64,000 nt of DNA from the NCBI RefSeq assembly GCF_009914755.1, contig NC_060925.1. One strand, given 5' to 3'. This stretch comes from the human T2T-CHM13v2.0 reference genome, Homo sapiens. Below, one piece after another: positions 42,001-54,690 of the stretch. A program made the translations under genes and the position numbers. A model generated the notes under the pieces. It worked only from the letters and a program-made list of their open reading frames with translations, was not told the DNA's origin and did no database searches. The number at the start of each line of letters is the position of its first letter. Position 1 is the first letter of the stretch.

Positions 42001-42541
42001 CCCAAGAAGGTGCCCCAGTAAGAAAGAAGAAATCAATCTAACAATGGGATGCAGCAGCAAGAATACTGAGACAGGAAAGAAAATATTTTTAAAAAATGAA
42101 TTATTCATTCACTTTCTAGTGGATACAGAAAAAACTGCAGAAGACCCGGAGGATATCAGGGCAGGCTAAAAGTTTGATATCTTACACCTGTGGAAAAGCC
42201 TTAAGCTCTGTTTTAACTGAGAGCAGGTGGGGTGACTTCATGACTACCATTAAGAAAATATAACCTGTTGGGAAACTGTTTCTGCCTTGATGATGTTGTA
42301 CAGACAAGAGATAAACAGTGAGGAATATGCTTAGATGTATTGGGAAAGACACGGGTCTGTGGCATTGTCAACAAGGGTACACGAATACTGAGAGTGAATG
42401 CTGAAGGAATGATCCCCATTGGTGGTGACCCTCAGGTGAGACTAGGGTGCCTGTGTTTCAGCAAAGCCTGGGCAATTGGAATGCAGGGCTCCTAAGTTTC
42501 CATGACACCCCCACCTTCTAATTCTGTTATTGCAACTGCAG

Positions 42542-42696
42542 ACGGTTACCTGGCACGCTGGCCACATTCTGCCTCACTCTTATCAGAGTCTGAGCTACTG
42601 GCAGTGCTTTCAGCTCTGAGTTGAGGCACCTCGAACCTTGTTTTTGTGGTGAAGGATCCTAAAGTGCTGTGGGGAGTGATCACATTTTTCACAACA
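42542..42696 (+). other. Probable NBPF non-coding 5' exon (alternative acceptors at 42542 or 42614)
   Basis: ACAACA|gtaag donor 102 nt upstream of the first coding exon; candidate acceptors actgcag| and tttcag|; resembles recalled NBPF 5'UTR sequence. Confidence 0.5.
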
Positions 42697-42798
42697 GTAA
42701 GGTAAGAATTTCAGTTACTGACATCCCTCAGTCCTGATTAAACCGATTTGATTTCACCAGTTTTTAACCCATCATATGTTTGGGTTTCTTCTCCCCAG

Positions 42799-43008
42799 TC
42801 CCTGACTCCACCTCTTCTGCCACAAACGTCAGCATGGTGGTATCAGCCGGCCATTGGTCCAGTGAGAAGGCAGAGATGAACATTCTAGAAATCAACGAGA
42901 CATTGCGCCCCCAGCTGCCAGAGAACAAACAGCAGTTGAGAAACCTCAAAGAGAAATGTTTTCTAACTCAACTGGCCGGCTTCCTGGCCAACCGACAGAA
43001 GAAATACA
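42799..43008 (+). CDS. NBPF26: NBPF exon, coiled-coil module copy 1 ([33 protein letters not shown]...RQKKY); canonical ATG at 42834
   Basis: ctccccag|TC acceptor, TACA|gtaag donor, 210 nt. Confidence 0.95.
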
Positions 43009-43555
43009 GTAAGATCTATAGGCTCACCATCATGAAAGTGATGAATGATATCCTGTCTTCTCTCTGAGACACTAAATGCTCTCTCCATCAAAAAGAATTT
43101 CATCCTTCCTGTACTTCTAGGAAAACAGAAATGGGTATTTTAACATTTTGTTAAAGTTGGAAGACAGAGGTACCAAAATATTTAGCAACTTTCCATGTTT
43201 GCAATCAGATGGGGGTGGAACTAGAGTTAAACTCACAGTTATTGATTTCTAACACAGGCACAGAATGACCTGTTTTCTCCAAGGGGCTCAATCATGTTTT
43301 TAAGAATCCTCTCTGTACCATATAAGATCCTGCAGACAAATAACATCTAGTCTGTTGTTCTAAATGTCTAGGACTAGTGAACTTTTATTCAGTTCAAGTT
43401 TCTGTTGAGGCCCAACAGGCAAAGCTCTGTTCTAGTGACTCTGAGGGGAACTTGGTGATAGTACCCAGTACCTGTTCTGAGGGGCTTCAAGGGGAGTCTG
43501 CTCCTAATAGAACCTGTGCTATCTATAAGTGACAGCATCAAGAGCAGGGAGTAGG

Positions 43556-43881
43556 GGCCGTGCAACGTGGCTCACTCCTATAATCTCAGCACTTTGGGAG
43601 GCTGAGGCGGGCAGAGCACGAGGTCAGCAGTTTGAGACTAGCCTGGGCAACATGGAGAAACCCCATCTCCACTAAAAATACAAAAAGTAGATGGGCATCG
43701 TGGCGGGCAACTGTAATCACCACTAATCGGGAGGCTGAGGCAGAAGAATCCTTTGAACCCAGCAGGCAGATGTTGCAGTGAGCCAAGATTGCACTATTGA
43801 ACTCCAGCATGGGTGACAGGGCAAGACTCGTCAAAAAACAAACAAACAAAACGATAAATAAATCAAAAATAAAAATAAAAA
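43556..43881 (+). mobile_element. AluS in duplicate copy 1
   Basis: Full dimer; paralogous to 49886-50221. Confidence 0.92.
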
Positions 43882-44849
43882 GCAGAGAGTACCTTGGTGA
43901 GAGTGAAGTCCTGCTTCCTGGTGCACAGGCTCTTGTTCCTAAAGAGGAAGAAAGATCACACCCGAGAATGTGTGGAAGCAGCAGTGCAGTGTGCAAAGCA
44001 GGGACCCTCAGCCTGTCTCCTGGGCTCCATCCAAGTTGCTTGTCTTGTCTGTCCCTCAGTTTCCTCATCTGTTCAGAGGGTACTACAATAATACCTACCT
44101 CTGTAAATTGCTGCAATGAATTACATGAGGTATTTCCTGTCAATCTCCTTGAACATTAATTGGCACAGTGTAAACACTATCTATTCTTCATTCTGATGTT
44201 TCTAAATTAACACTAACTAAGCTTATGCTGTTTCTAAATTAACACAACTAATCTAAATCTTAATGCTGCCTCTCATACTAATAAAGTATTTGGGCATATT
44301 TCCTTCATGGCCTTATTGTCTTATGTCTCACACTTTATGCTTCAGATATGATTCTTAAAACCATATCTGAATATTGATTTAAAAATGAAATATTTTTAAA
44401 GTCCTTGACATATTTGTCCTTGAAATACCCAGTAAAAGGGAAACCATCAGTCCCATAGTCCTAGGGGCCTTCCCGACTGTACAAGAAATCACTACTTCAT
44501 GCCCCAGTGCAGTGTTTTAGAGGAGAGGCTGCAAGGCTTGGGAAAGTGGCCCCGCATTCAGAGTCAGACCTCAGGGACTGTGAGTTCTGACTCCACTTCG
44601 TTGTGGTTGAATCATCTTGTCAACTTCCTTGATGCGCCCTTGAGTTTCTCTTTCTTCGTCTTTAAATTTTGGAGGATCAGATGCCAGAAAGTCAGGAGAC
44701 TGAAGAGTAAAGATGTGGAAATCCCTGTCTAGACCCTGGTACTGGGGAGAGTTTTGTCCTTGGGATGGACCTGGCTCCTGCCCTGTAGGCAATGACCACA
44801 GCAGCATGTCCAGCCTTCCACTGAGGCAGGTGTGTCTGTCTTTTCTCAG

Positions 44850-44952
44850 AGTATGAAGAGTGTAAAGACCTCATAAAATTTATGCTGAGGAATGAGCGAC
44901 AGTTCAAGGAGGAGAAGCTTGCAGAGCAGCTCAAGCAAGCTGAGGAGCTCAG
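44850..44952 (+). CDS. NBPF26: NBPF exon [35 protein letters not shown]
   Basis: ctcag|AG ... CAG|gtgag, 103 nt, frame continuous. Confidence 0.95.
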
Positions 44953-45787
44953 GTGAGGGGACCCCATGGGGGCAGGCAGGGGGGCAGGTGTGTAAATCTC
45001 TGAAGTACAGCAGCTCGGTGGGGAGACGTAAGAGCTAAGCTGGGCCAGGGGAAGGGCAGGAATTGCCATGGCAGGCTCGCTACACACAAATATTTATCAA
45101 ACAGAGAAGGAGGATAGTAAAAATGTATGGGTTGCAGTTGTTTCTCAGAGCCTTGTTTTCTCTTTTTCAAACAAGTAATTGTTGATGTGAAATTTACATA
45201 ACACAAAATTTACCAAAGGAGTGGGAACCACCCAGCAGCATTCAGTATAATCAAAATGGTGTGCCATCACCACCCCACTTACCCTTAGTGAGAATCACCT
45301 CCTGACTGACTGCGGCTTCTCATTCTTTCACTCAATCAATGTTGCCTTCTCGACCCTGTCATTCTTTTCTTCTTTCATCTTTTCAATTCGCCCCATCTGC
45401 ACCTGGCCTCATTTCTGTACATGGCTTTGTATCTAGTGGCCGCAAGATGCACTATGTGTATTTTCACATGGAAATGTCCATGGCCAGAGTGAGGAACTGA
45501 AAGGATGTCTTTTTGAAACGGAATTAGGAAGACACCTACTTTTGTTTACAGAAGAGAAAGATGAATGGAACATCATCGAGGATCTTGCAGGAGCCCTCTC
45601 TGATACAGAGGAAGCCTGTAAACCATTTTCTATTCTTTCTCTTGGCCACAGACATTCCTTTCAACGTGTGCTGACCTTCTGTTTCAAGGTCTCCTTGAGG
45701 ACATTGTCTCAGAAGTCTCTGTTGCAATATTTGAACGGATCACTCAACCCTTTCTACTCTTAAATTTTCTCTACCGTCTCACCTTAG

Positions 45788-46002
45788 GCAATATAAAGTC
45801 CTGGTTCACTCTCAGGAACGAGAGCTGACGCAGTTAAAGGAGAAGTTACGGGAAGGGAGAGATGCCTCCCGCTCATTGAATGAGCATCTCCAGGCCCTCC
45901 TCACTCCGGATGAGCCGGACAAGTCCCAGGGGCAGGACCTCCAAGAACAGCTGGCTGAGGGGTGTAGACTGGCACAGCACCTTGTCCAAAAGCTCAGCCC
46001 AG
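45788..46002 (+). CDS. NBPF26: NBPF exon [27 protein letters not shown]...HLVQKLSP
   Basis: ccttag|G ... CAG|gtaag, 215 nt. Confidence 0.95.
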
Positions 46003-47053
46003 GTAAGGTGGCCATAGGCCCTGATGACCCAAAACCCCAGGCTTATGAGAGGCTCCAGACCTCCATACTTTCACAATGACAGTTGTATCAGTGGGGTTTT
46101 TTTCTACTACACCTATGTGGCCATGACATGATCAGGACTTCCTGGGTAAGCACAGAGATGGGAAACCCATGGGTTTGGAGGTCACAGTATTGCAAGTGTC
46201 CCTCCTTCCTTGATGGAAGGTGGTCTTTGGAGCAAGAGGCAGCATCTATCTAGTTTTAAAGGACAGGAAGGAGGCTGTGATGGGAGGGCGCTTGTTGGAG
46301 TGAAAAGAGCTCTGGGCTAAGAATGAAGGTTCCCAGGCTGTCTTTTTGGCAATGTTCTTAGTAAGTGTCAGTGAGTGAGTGATTTATCTTTCCAGAGTTT
46401 CTCTCTCTCCATCTGCAAAGGCAGACAAATTGTCTCTTGCAAGGGTCTGAAGCATCCAAATATGGGAACACTTACGAATGCTTTTCAAAATGAGATGAAG
46501 CCCCTCTCCATGTGGTGTTGGAGAAGGCACTTGATGTGGGGTCATTTGGTGGTAGGAAGTGCTTCAGACTGGAGCACTCCCCATGGATAGAATGTCCCTG
46601 AATAACACAGCAGAAGCCACATGGAGGGCCTGTGCAGTCTCATGACGCATAGAGGACTGTGGGACAAGTTTGTCCTCTCCTAAGAGAAAGAATGAGGTTT
46701 GAAATGCGAACTGTGACAGGACACCAAGCCTGTTCCTGGGAATCAGATCTGTGGCAGGATGGGGGAGACAGCTGCCAAAGTCCAGAGAGAGGCTGCACAA
46801 GCCTCCAGTGATATGGGAAGCAAAAGGTCTTTTCAGTATTTGGCCACATCTTGATGGTGGCCCTCCACATCAGAAATGCATTGCCCGATGGAGCAGGAAA
46901 CCATGCCAGGGCATTTTGTGAAAGATAAAACATGAGAGTTTTCAGTACAATGCTGAACCATACATAGATGTTCATGTCTCTGTGCACGTTGGGCTGACTG
47001 TGCTTGCAGAATGTGAAGTGGGAAATATCTGAACGAACATTTTGTATTTATAG

Positions 47054-47126
47054 AAAATGACGAAGATGAGGATGAAGATGTTCAAGTTGAGGAGGATGAG
47101 AAAGTACTGGAATCATCTGCCCCCAG
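47054..47126 (+). CDS. NBPF26: NBPF small acidic exon ENDEDEDEDVQVEEDEKVLESSAPR (CON1 copy 1)
   Basis: ttatag|AA ... CAG|gtaac, 73 nt. Confidence 0.95.
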
Positions 47127-47589
47127 GTAACACTGAATACTCAGGAGCAAGTAATGGGTGGTAACATATGAAAATGTCTAGGAGGCACACCCTCTCTGGC
47201 ATCTATGGTGGGCCAAAAGCCCACATCCCCTTGGCCACAGTATGTGAAATTCAACCCAGCTTAGACACAGGGTGCGGCAGCTGTCGTGTTTCTCTATGTG
47301 TGCCAAGTGTCATGTCTGTACCATACAGGGATAGCTGAGTCTTCATCCTCCTCAGCTCCTATCTGTCCAGTGCACTGAACACCAGCTGCTCTCTTCCTCT
47401 CTGGCTCCCATGGCAGCCATGCTCTGTTGCAGAGAGAAGCGGATTGCCTGTTTCCTCTTTAAGGGAACCTCCGTTTTGCTTTCTGGAACCACTCTCTTAA
47501 TGCCGCCTGTCAAAACCAGCTAGGACTCCATGGGGTCCAATCCCTCTGTGTTTAATCTTCTGTCATCTCTGTCCCACCTGGCTCATCAG

Positions 47590-47801
47590 GGAGGTGCAGA
47601 AGACTGAAGAGAGCAAAGTCCCTGAGGACTCACTGGAGGAATGTGCCATCACTTGTTCAAATAGCCACGGCCCTTGTGACTCCAACCAGCCTCACAAGAA
47701 CATCAAAATCACATTTGAGGAAGACGAAGTCAACTCAACTCTGGTTGTAGACAGAGAATCCTCTCATGATGAATGTCAGGATGCTCTAAACATTCTCCCA
47801 G
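47590..47801 (+). CDS. NBPF26: Olduvai CON1 large exon copy 1 ([27 protein letters not shown]...ALNILP)
   Basis: catcag|G ... CAG|gtagc, 212 nt. Confidence 0.95.
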
Positions 47802-47915
47802 GTAGCCTCTATTTTCCTTGTGTCTCATACCTCTGTCTAGGCTATGGAAGGTCAATTCTGAGGACAGGCTGTATATACACATATTGTTATTGTTTTAGTC
47901 AGAAACTGGGATGGA

Positions 47916-48820
47916 GCTAGGTGCTGTGACTCACACATATAATCACAGCACTTTGGAAGGCCCAAGTGGGACGATGACTTGAGTTCAGGAGTTGAAGACC
48001 AGCCTACACAATATGGTGAAACCCATCTTTACAAAGAATACAAAAAATTAGGCAGGCATGGTGCTGCATGCCTATAGTCCCAACTGCTCAGGAGACTTAG
48101 GTGGGAGGATGGGCTGAGATGATCCTCCCACTCTAATTCACTTCTGTCAGGCTAGACTCTCTCTCCTTTTCATTGGCTTGTCTTAGCTATTAATAAGTCT
48201 CGGCTGGGCGCAGTGGGTCACACCTGTAATCCGAGCACTTTGGGAGGCCGAGGCGGGTGGATCATGAGGTCAGGAGATTGAGACCATCCTGGCTAACACG
48301 GTGAAACCCCGTCTTTACTAAAAATACAAAAAAAAAAAAAATTAGCTGGGTGTGGTGGTGGGTGCCTGTAGTCCCAGCTACTCAGGAGGCTGAGGCAGGA
48401 GAATGGCATGAACCCAGGAACCGGAGCTTGCAGTGAGCCAAGATTGTGCCACTGCACTCCAGCCTGGGAGACAGAGCGAGACTCCATCTCAAAAAAAAAA
48501 AGTCTCTGACCAGGGGCGCTGGCTCACATCTTAATCCCAACACTTTGGGAGGCCGAGGTGGGCGGAACACCTGAGCTCAGGAGTTCAAAACCAGCCTGTC
48601 CAAGATGGCGAAACCCCATCTCTACTAAAAATACAAAAATTAGCTGGCATGTTACTTGGCGCTTGTAATCCCAGATGCTTGGCAGGCTGAGGGATGAGAA
48701 TCACTTGAACCCGGGCGGCAGAGGTGGCAGTGAGCTGAGATTGTGCCTCTGCACTGCAGCCTGCGCGACAGAGTGAGACTCCGTCTCAAACAAAAAAACC
48801 AAAAAAGAAAATTAAGCAAA
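47916..48820 (+). mobile_element. Alu cluster in the spacer between the duplicates: AluJ fragment (~47916-48130), AluY (48202-48501), AluS (48508-48820)
   Basis: Three consecutive + strand Alu bodies. Confidence 0.9.
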
Positions 48821-49128
48821 ACGAAATCTTTTGTGCTACACAGAAACATTGGCCACTCATGGGGTAAAAATCTCAGGGCCAAGCCTTGCTTTATAGAAAC
48901 GTATAAGCAAGAAAAGTGTAGAAGTGTTTATGTCTTGGTTTCAAGGTGACTGCATAGCTAAGACAAGTTGACTTAAAGGAGATCAAGACTGGAGATGACA
49001 AGAGTGAAACCAGGGAAACATCTTCAAATAAGTAAACAAGGCTACCAGTGACATCCCTCAGTCCTGATTAAGCCTATTTGATTTCACCAGTTTTTAACCC
49101 ATCATGTGTTTGCCTTTCTTCTCCCCAG

Positions 49129-49338
49129 TCCCTGGCCCCACCTCTTCTGCCACAAACGTCAGCATGGTGGTATCAGCCGGCCCTTTGTCCGGCGAGAAGG
49201 CAGCGATAAACATTCTAGAAATCAATGAGAAATTGCGCCCCCAGCTGGCAGAGAAGAAACAGCAGTTCAGAAACCTCAAAGAGAAATGTTTTCTAACTCA
49301 ACTGGCCGGCTTCCTGGCCAACCAGCAGAACAAATACA
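49129..49338 (+). CDS. NBPF26: NBPF exon, coiled-coil module copy 2 ([33 protein letters not shown]...QQNKY)
   Basis: ctccccag|TC ... TACA|gtaag, 210 nt. Confidence 0.95.
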
Positions 49339-49885
49339 GTAAGATCTATTGGCTCACCATCACGAAAGTGATGAACGAGGTCCTGTCTTCTCTCTGAGAC
49401 ACTAAATGCTCTCTCCATCAAAAATAATGTCATCCTCCCCGTACTTCTAGGAAAACAGAAATGGGTATTTTAACATTTTGTCAAAGTTGGAAGACAGAGG
49501 TACCAAAGTATTTAGCAACTTTCCATGTTTGCAATCAGGTGGGGGTGGGACTAGAGTTAAACTGCCATTTATTGATTTCTGACACAGGCACAGAATGACC
49601 TGTTTTCTCCAAGAGGCTCAATCGTGTTTTCAAGAATCCTCTCTGTACCATATAAGATCCTGCAGACAAATAACATCTAGTCTGTTGTTCTAAATGTCTG
49701 AGACTAGTGAACTTTTATTCAGTTCAAGTTTCTGTTGAGGCCCAACAGGCAAAGCTCTGTTCTAGTGACTCTGAGGGAAACTTGGTGATAGTAGCCAGTA
49801 CCTGCTCTGAGGGGCTTCAAGAGGAGTCTACCCCTAATAGAACCTGTGCTGTCTATAAATGACAGCATCAAGAGCAGGGAGTAGG

Positions 49886-50164
49886 GGCCGTGCATGGTGG
49901 CTCACTCCTGTAATCCCAGCACTTTGGGAGGCTGAGGCGGGCAGATCATGAGGTCAGGAGTTTGAGACCAGCCTGGGCAACATGGAGAAACCCCATCTCC
50001 ACTAAAAATACAAAAAGTAGATGGGCGTGGTGGCAGGTGACTGTAATCACCCCTGCTCAGGAGGCTGAGGCAGGAGAATCCTTTGAACCCAGGAGGCTGA
50101 GGTTGCAGTGAGCCAAGATTTTGCCATTGCACTCCAGCCTGGGCGACAGGGCAAGACTGCTAAA

Positions 50165-50207
<43 letters not shown>

Positions 50208-50221
50208 AATAAGAATAAAAA
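49886..50221 (+). mobile_element. AluS in duplicate copy 2 with (TAA)n tail
   Basis: Full dimer at the same position as in copy 1. Confidence 0.92.
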
Positions 50222-51133
50222 GCAGAGAGTAGCTTGGTGAGAGTGAAGTCCTGCTTCCTGGGGCACAGAGTCTTGTTGCTAAAGAGGAAGAAAGATCGCA
50301 CCCGAGAATGTGTGGAGATAGCAGTGCAGTGTACAGAGCAGGGACCGTGGGCCTGTCTCCTGGGCTCCATCCAAGTTGCTTGTCTTGTCTGTCCCTCAGT
50401 TTCCTCACCTGTTCAGAGGGTACTACAATAATACCTACCTCTGTAAATTGCTGCAGTGAATTACATGAGCTATTTCTTGTCAATCTCCTAGAACATTTAT
50501 TGGCACAGAGTAAACACTATCTATTAGTTCTTCATTCTGCTGTTTCTAAATTAACACAAACTTTATTAACATTTGGGCATATTTCCTTCATGGCCTAATG
50601 GTGTTATGTGTCACACTTTATGCTTCAGATATGATTCTTAAAATCATAACTGGAGATATGATTTAAAAATCAAAGATTTTAAAAATCTTTCGCATACTTG
50701 TCCTTGAAATTCCCAGTAAAAGGGAAACCATCAGTCCCATAGTCCTAGGGGCTTTCCCAACTGTACAAGAAATCACTACTTCATGCCCCAGTGCAGTGTT
50801 TTAGAGGAGAGGCTGCAAGGCTTGGGAAAGTGGCCCCGCATTCAGAGTCAGACCTCAGGGACTGTGAATTCTGACTCCACTTCGTTGTGGTTGAATCATC
50901 TTGTCAACTTCCTTGATGTGCCCTTGAGGTTCTCTTTCTTCATCTCTAAATTTTGGAGGATCAGATGCCAGAAAGTCAGGAGACTGAAGAGTAAAGATGT
51001 GGAAATCCCTGTCTAGACCCTGGTACTGGGGAGAGTTTTGTCCTTGGGATGGACCTGGCTCCTGTCCTGTAGGCAATGACCACAGCAGCATGTCCAGCCT
51101 TCCACTGAGGCAGGTGTGTCTGTCTTTTCTCAG

Positions 51134-51236
51134 AATATGAAGAGTGCAAAGATCTCATAAAATCTATGCTGAGGAATGAGCGACAGTTCAAGGAGGAGAA
51201 GCTTGCAGAGCAGCTCAAGCAAGCTGAGGAGCTCAG
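51134..51236 (+). CDS. NBPF26: NBPF exon [35 protein letters not shown] (copy 2)
   Basis: ctcag|AA ... CAG|gtgag, 103 nt. Confidence 0.95.
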
Positions 51237-52071
51237 GTGAGGGGACCCCATGGGGGCAGGCAGGGGGGCAGGTGTGTAAATCTCTGAAGTACAGCAGCTC
51301 GGTGGGGAGACGTAAGAGCTAAGCTGGGCCAGGGGAAGGGCAGGAATTGCCATGGCAGGCTCGCTACACACAAATATTTATCAAACAGAGAAGGAGGATA
51401 GTAAAAATGTATGGGTTGCAGTTGTTTCTCAGAGCCTTGTTTTCTCTTTTTCAAACAAGTAATTGTTGATGTGAAATTTACATAACACAAAATTAACCAA
51501 AGGAGTGTGAACCACACAGCAGCATTCAGTATACTCAAAATGGTGTGCCATCACCACCCCACTTACCCTTAGTGAGAATCACCTCCTGACTGACTGCGGC
51601 TTCTCATTCTTTCACTCAATCAATGTTGCCTTCTCGACCCTGTCATTCTTTTCTTCTTTCTTCTTTTCAATTCGCCCCATCTGCACCTGGCCTCATTTCT
51701 GTACATGGCTTTGTATCTAGTGGCCGCAAGATGCACTATGTGTATTTTCACATGGAAATGTCCATGGCCAGAGTGAGGAACTGAAAGGATGTCTTTTTGA
51801 AAGGGAATTAGGAAGACACCTACTTTTGTTTACAGAAGAGAAAGATGAATGGAACATCATCGAGGATCTTGCAAGAGCCCTCTCTGATTCAGAGGAAGCC
51901 TGTAAACCATTTTCTATTCTTTCTCTTGGCCACAGACATTCCTTTAAACATGTGCTGACCTTCTGCTTCGAGGTCTCCTTGAGGACATTGTCTCAGAAAT
52001 CTCTGTTGCAATATTTGAGCGGATCACTCAACCCTTTCTACTCTTAAATTTTCTCTACCGTCTCACCTTAG

Positions 52072-52286
52072 GCAATATAAAGTCCTGGTTCACGCTCAGG
52101 AACGAGAGCTGACCCAGTTAAGGGAGAAGTTGCGGGAAGGGAGAGATGCCTCCCGCTCATTGAATGAGCATCTCCAGGCCCTCCTCACTCCGGATGAGCC
52201 GGACAAGTCCCAGGGGCAGGACCTCCAAGAACAGCTGGCTGAGGGGTGTAGACTGGCACAGCACCTTGTCCAAAAGCTCAGCCCAG
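52072..52286 (+). CDS. NBPF26: NBPF exon [27 protein letters not shown]...QKLSP (copy 2)
   Basis: ccttag|G ... CAG|gtaag, 215 nt. Confidence 0.95.
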
Positions 52287-53327
52287 GTAAGGTGGCCATA
52301 GGCCCTGATGACCCAAAATCCCAGGCTTATGAGAGACTCCAGACCTCCATACTTTCACAATGACAGTTGTATCAGTGGTGTTTTTTTCCACTAAGCTTAT
52401 GTGGCCATGACATGACCAGGACTTCTTGGGTAAGAACAGAGATGGGAAACCCATGGGGTTGGAGGTCACAGTATTGCAAGTGTCCCTCCTTCCTTGATGG
52501 AAGGTGGTCTTTGGAGCAAGAGGCAGCATCTATCTAGTTTTAAAGGACAGGAAGGAGGCTGGGATGGGAGCAGGCTTGTTAGAGTGAAAAGAGCTCTGGA
52601 CTAAGAATGAAGGTTCCCAGGCTGTCTTTTCGACAATGTTCTTAGTAACTGTCAGAGAGTGAATGACTTGTCCTTCCTGAGTTTCTCTCTCTCCGTGGCA
52701 GACAAATTGTCTCTTGCAAGTGTCTGAAGCATTCAAATGTGGGAACACTTACAACTGCTTTCCAAAATGAGATGAAGTCCCTCGCCGTGTGATGTTGGAG
52801 AAGGCACTTTATGTGGGGGCGTTTTGTGGTAGGAAGTGCTTCAGACTGGAGCACTCCCCATGGATAGAATGTCCCTGAAGAACACAGCAGAAGCCACTTG
52901 GAGGCTTGAAATCTTCTGATGCATAGAGGACTGTGGGACAAGTTTGTCTGCTTCTAAGAGAAAGAATTAGGTTTGAAATGCAAACCGTGACAGGACACCA
53001 AGCCTGTGCCTGGGAATCAGATCTGGCAGGATGGGGGAGACAGCTGCCAACGTCCAGAGAGAGGCTGCACAAGCCTCCAGTGATATGGGAAGCAAAAGGT
53101 CTTTTCAATATTTGGCCACATCTTGATGGTGGCCCTCCAGATCAGAAATGCATTGCCTGATGGATCAGGAAACCATGCCAGGGCATTCTGTTAAAGATAA
53201 ATCATGAGAGTTTTCAGTTGAACGGTGACCCATGCCTAGATGTTCATGTCTCTGTTGCACATTGGGCTGACTGTGCTTGCAGACTGTGAAGTGGGAAATA
53301 TCTGAACGAACACTTCTGTATTTACAG

Positions 53328-53400
53328 AAAATGACAACGATGACGATGAAGATGTTCAAGTTGAGGTGGCTGAGAAAGTGCAGAAATCGTCTGCCCCCAG
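53328..53400 (+). CDS. NBPF26: NBPF small exon [25 protein letters not shown] (CON1 copy 2)
   Basis: ttacag|AA ... CAG|gtaac, 73 nt. Confidence 0.95.
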
Positions 53401-53864
53401 GTAACACTGAATACTCAGGAACAATTAATGGATGGTAACATATGAGGAATATCTAGGAGGCACACCCTCTCTGGCATCTATGATGGACCAAAAACCCGCA
53501 TTCGCTTGGCCACAGTATGTGAAATATAACCCAGCTTAGACACAGGGTGCGGTAGCTGTCATGTTTCTCTATGTGTGCCGAGTGTCATGTCTGCACCGTA
53601 CAGGGATAGCTGAGTCTTCATCCTCCTCAGCTCCTATCTGTCCAGTGCAATGAACAGCAGCTGCTCTCTTCCTCTCTGGTTCCCATGGCAGCCATGCTCT
53701 GTTGCAGAGAGAACAGGATTGCATGTTCCCTCTTAATGGGAACCTCCATTTTGCTTTCTGGGACCACTCTCTTAATGCCGCCTGTCAAAACCAGCTAGGA
53801 CTCCCTGGGGTCCAATCCCTCTGTGTTTAATCTTCTGTCATCTCTGTCCCACCTGGCTCATCAG

Positions 53865-54070
53865 GGAGATGCAGAAGGCTGAAGAAAAGGAAGTCCCTGA
53901 GGACTCACTGGAGGAATGTGCCATCACTTGTTCAAATAGCCATGGCCCTTATGACTGCAACCAGCCACATAGGAAAACCAAAATCACATTTGAGGAAGAC
54001 AAAGTCGACTCAACTCTCATTGGCTCATCCTCTCATGTTGAATGGGAGGATGCTGTACACATTATTCCAG
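53865..54070 (+). CDS. NBPF26: Olduvai CON1 large exon copy 2 ([18 protein letters not shown]...AVHIIP)
   Basis: catcag|G ... CAG|gtagc, 206 nt. Confidence 0.95.
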
Positions 54071-54655
54071 GTAGCCTCTGTTTTCCTTGTGTCTCATACC
54101 TCTTTCTTGGCTGAGGAAGATAAACTCTGAAGACAGGCTCTATAAACACAAATTCATTTGAATAAAAAACTGTGATGGGTTTCTAAACAGATATCAGGGA
54201 GTTTTTTGTCCTTCTCAGCTAATGTCATGACTTTGTCTGCCAGTCCCCAGTATCAAGTTACTCAACCCCAGGCAAGTGTGACAATCTCATAGTCACCTGA
54301 GTGCAGGAGGTGCACAGGCAGTATCTGTCAGGCCTCCTAGCTTCGATTCAATATCTCTTGTCATCTGTGATTAAGTCATCTGTCCCTGAACAATGTCCAT
54401 GGAGTTTCTATGCCTGTTTAAGGAAGCTGGCAGCCTTGCCTTTGTATTTGGAAATATTGTTCACCAGGCTTCACTGCTCTCAGCTTTCATCTGGATCTCC
54501 TTTAAGTCAGCTTGCTTAGCTGCACAGTCACCCTGAAATCAGGACAGAAACTTTTCTTCTTTACTTTGCTGATATATTTCCATAAAGCAAGGCTGGACCC
54601 TGGTTCTCCACCCTGTCAATGCAATGGCTGATCCAATGTTTCTTTGTAGCATCGT

Positions 54656-54658
<3 letters not shown>

Positions 54659-54690
<32 letters not shown>

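Larger units (their letters stand above)
42719..54150 (+). repeat. Tandem duplication of a ~5.1-kb five-exon module: copy 1 ~42719-47880, copy 2 ~49049-54150
   Basis: Both copies start at tgacatccctcagtcctgattaa (offset 6330); exons, introns and an internal Alu align. Confidence 0.93.

Noticed and set aside
43586-44143. 185-aa minus-strand ORF and other Alu-derived ORFs (e.g. 1245, 3502, 7388, 29779, 35774, 48293)
   Set aside because: Antisense Alu/MIR translations ([11 protein letters not shown]-type); frame not conserved in the duplicate copy.
44692-45087. 131-aa antisense ORF repeated at 50976..51371
   Set aside because: Conservation is explained by the recent tandem duplication and overlap with a coding exon.
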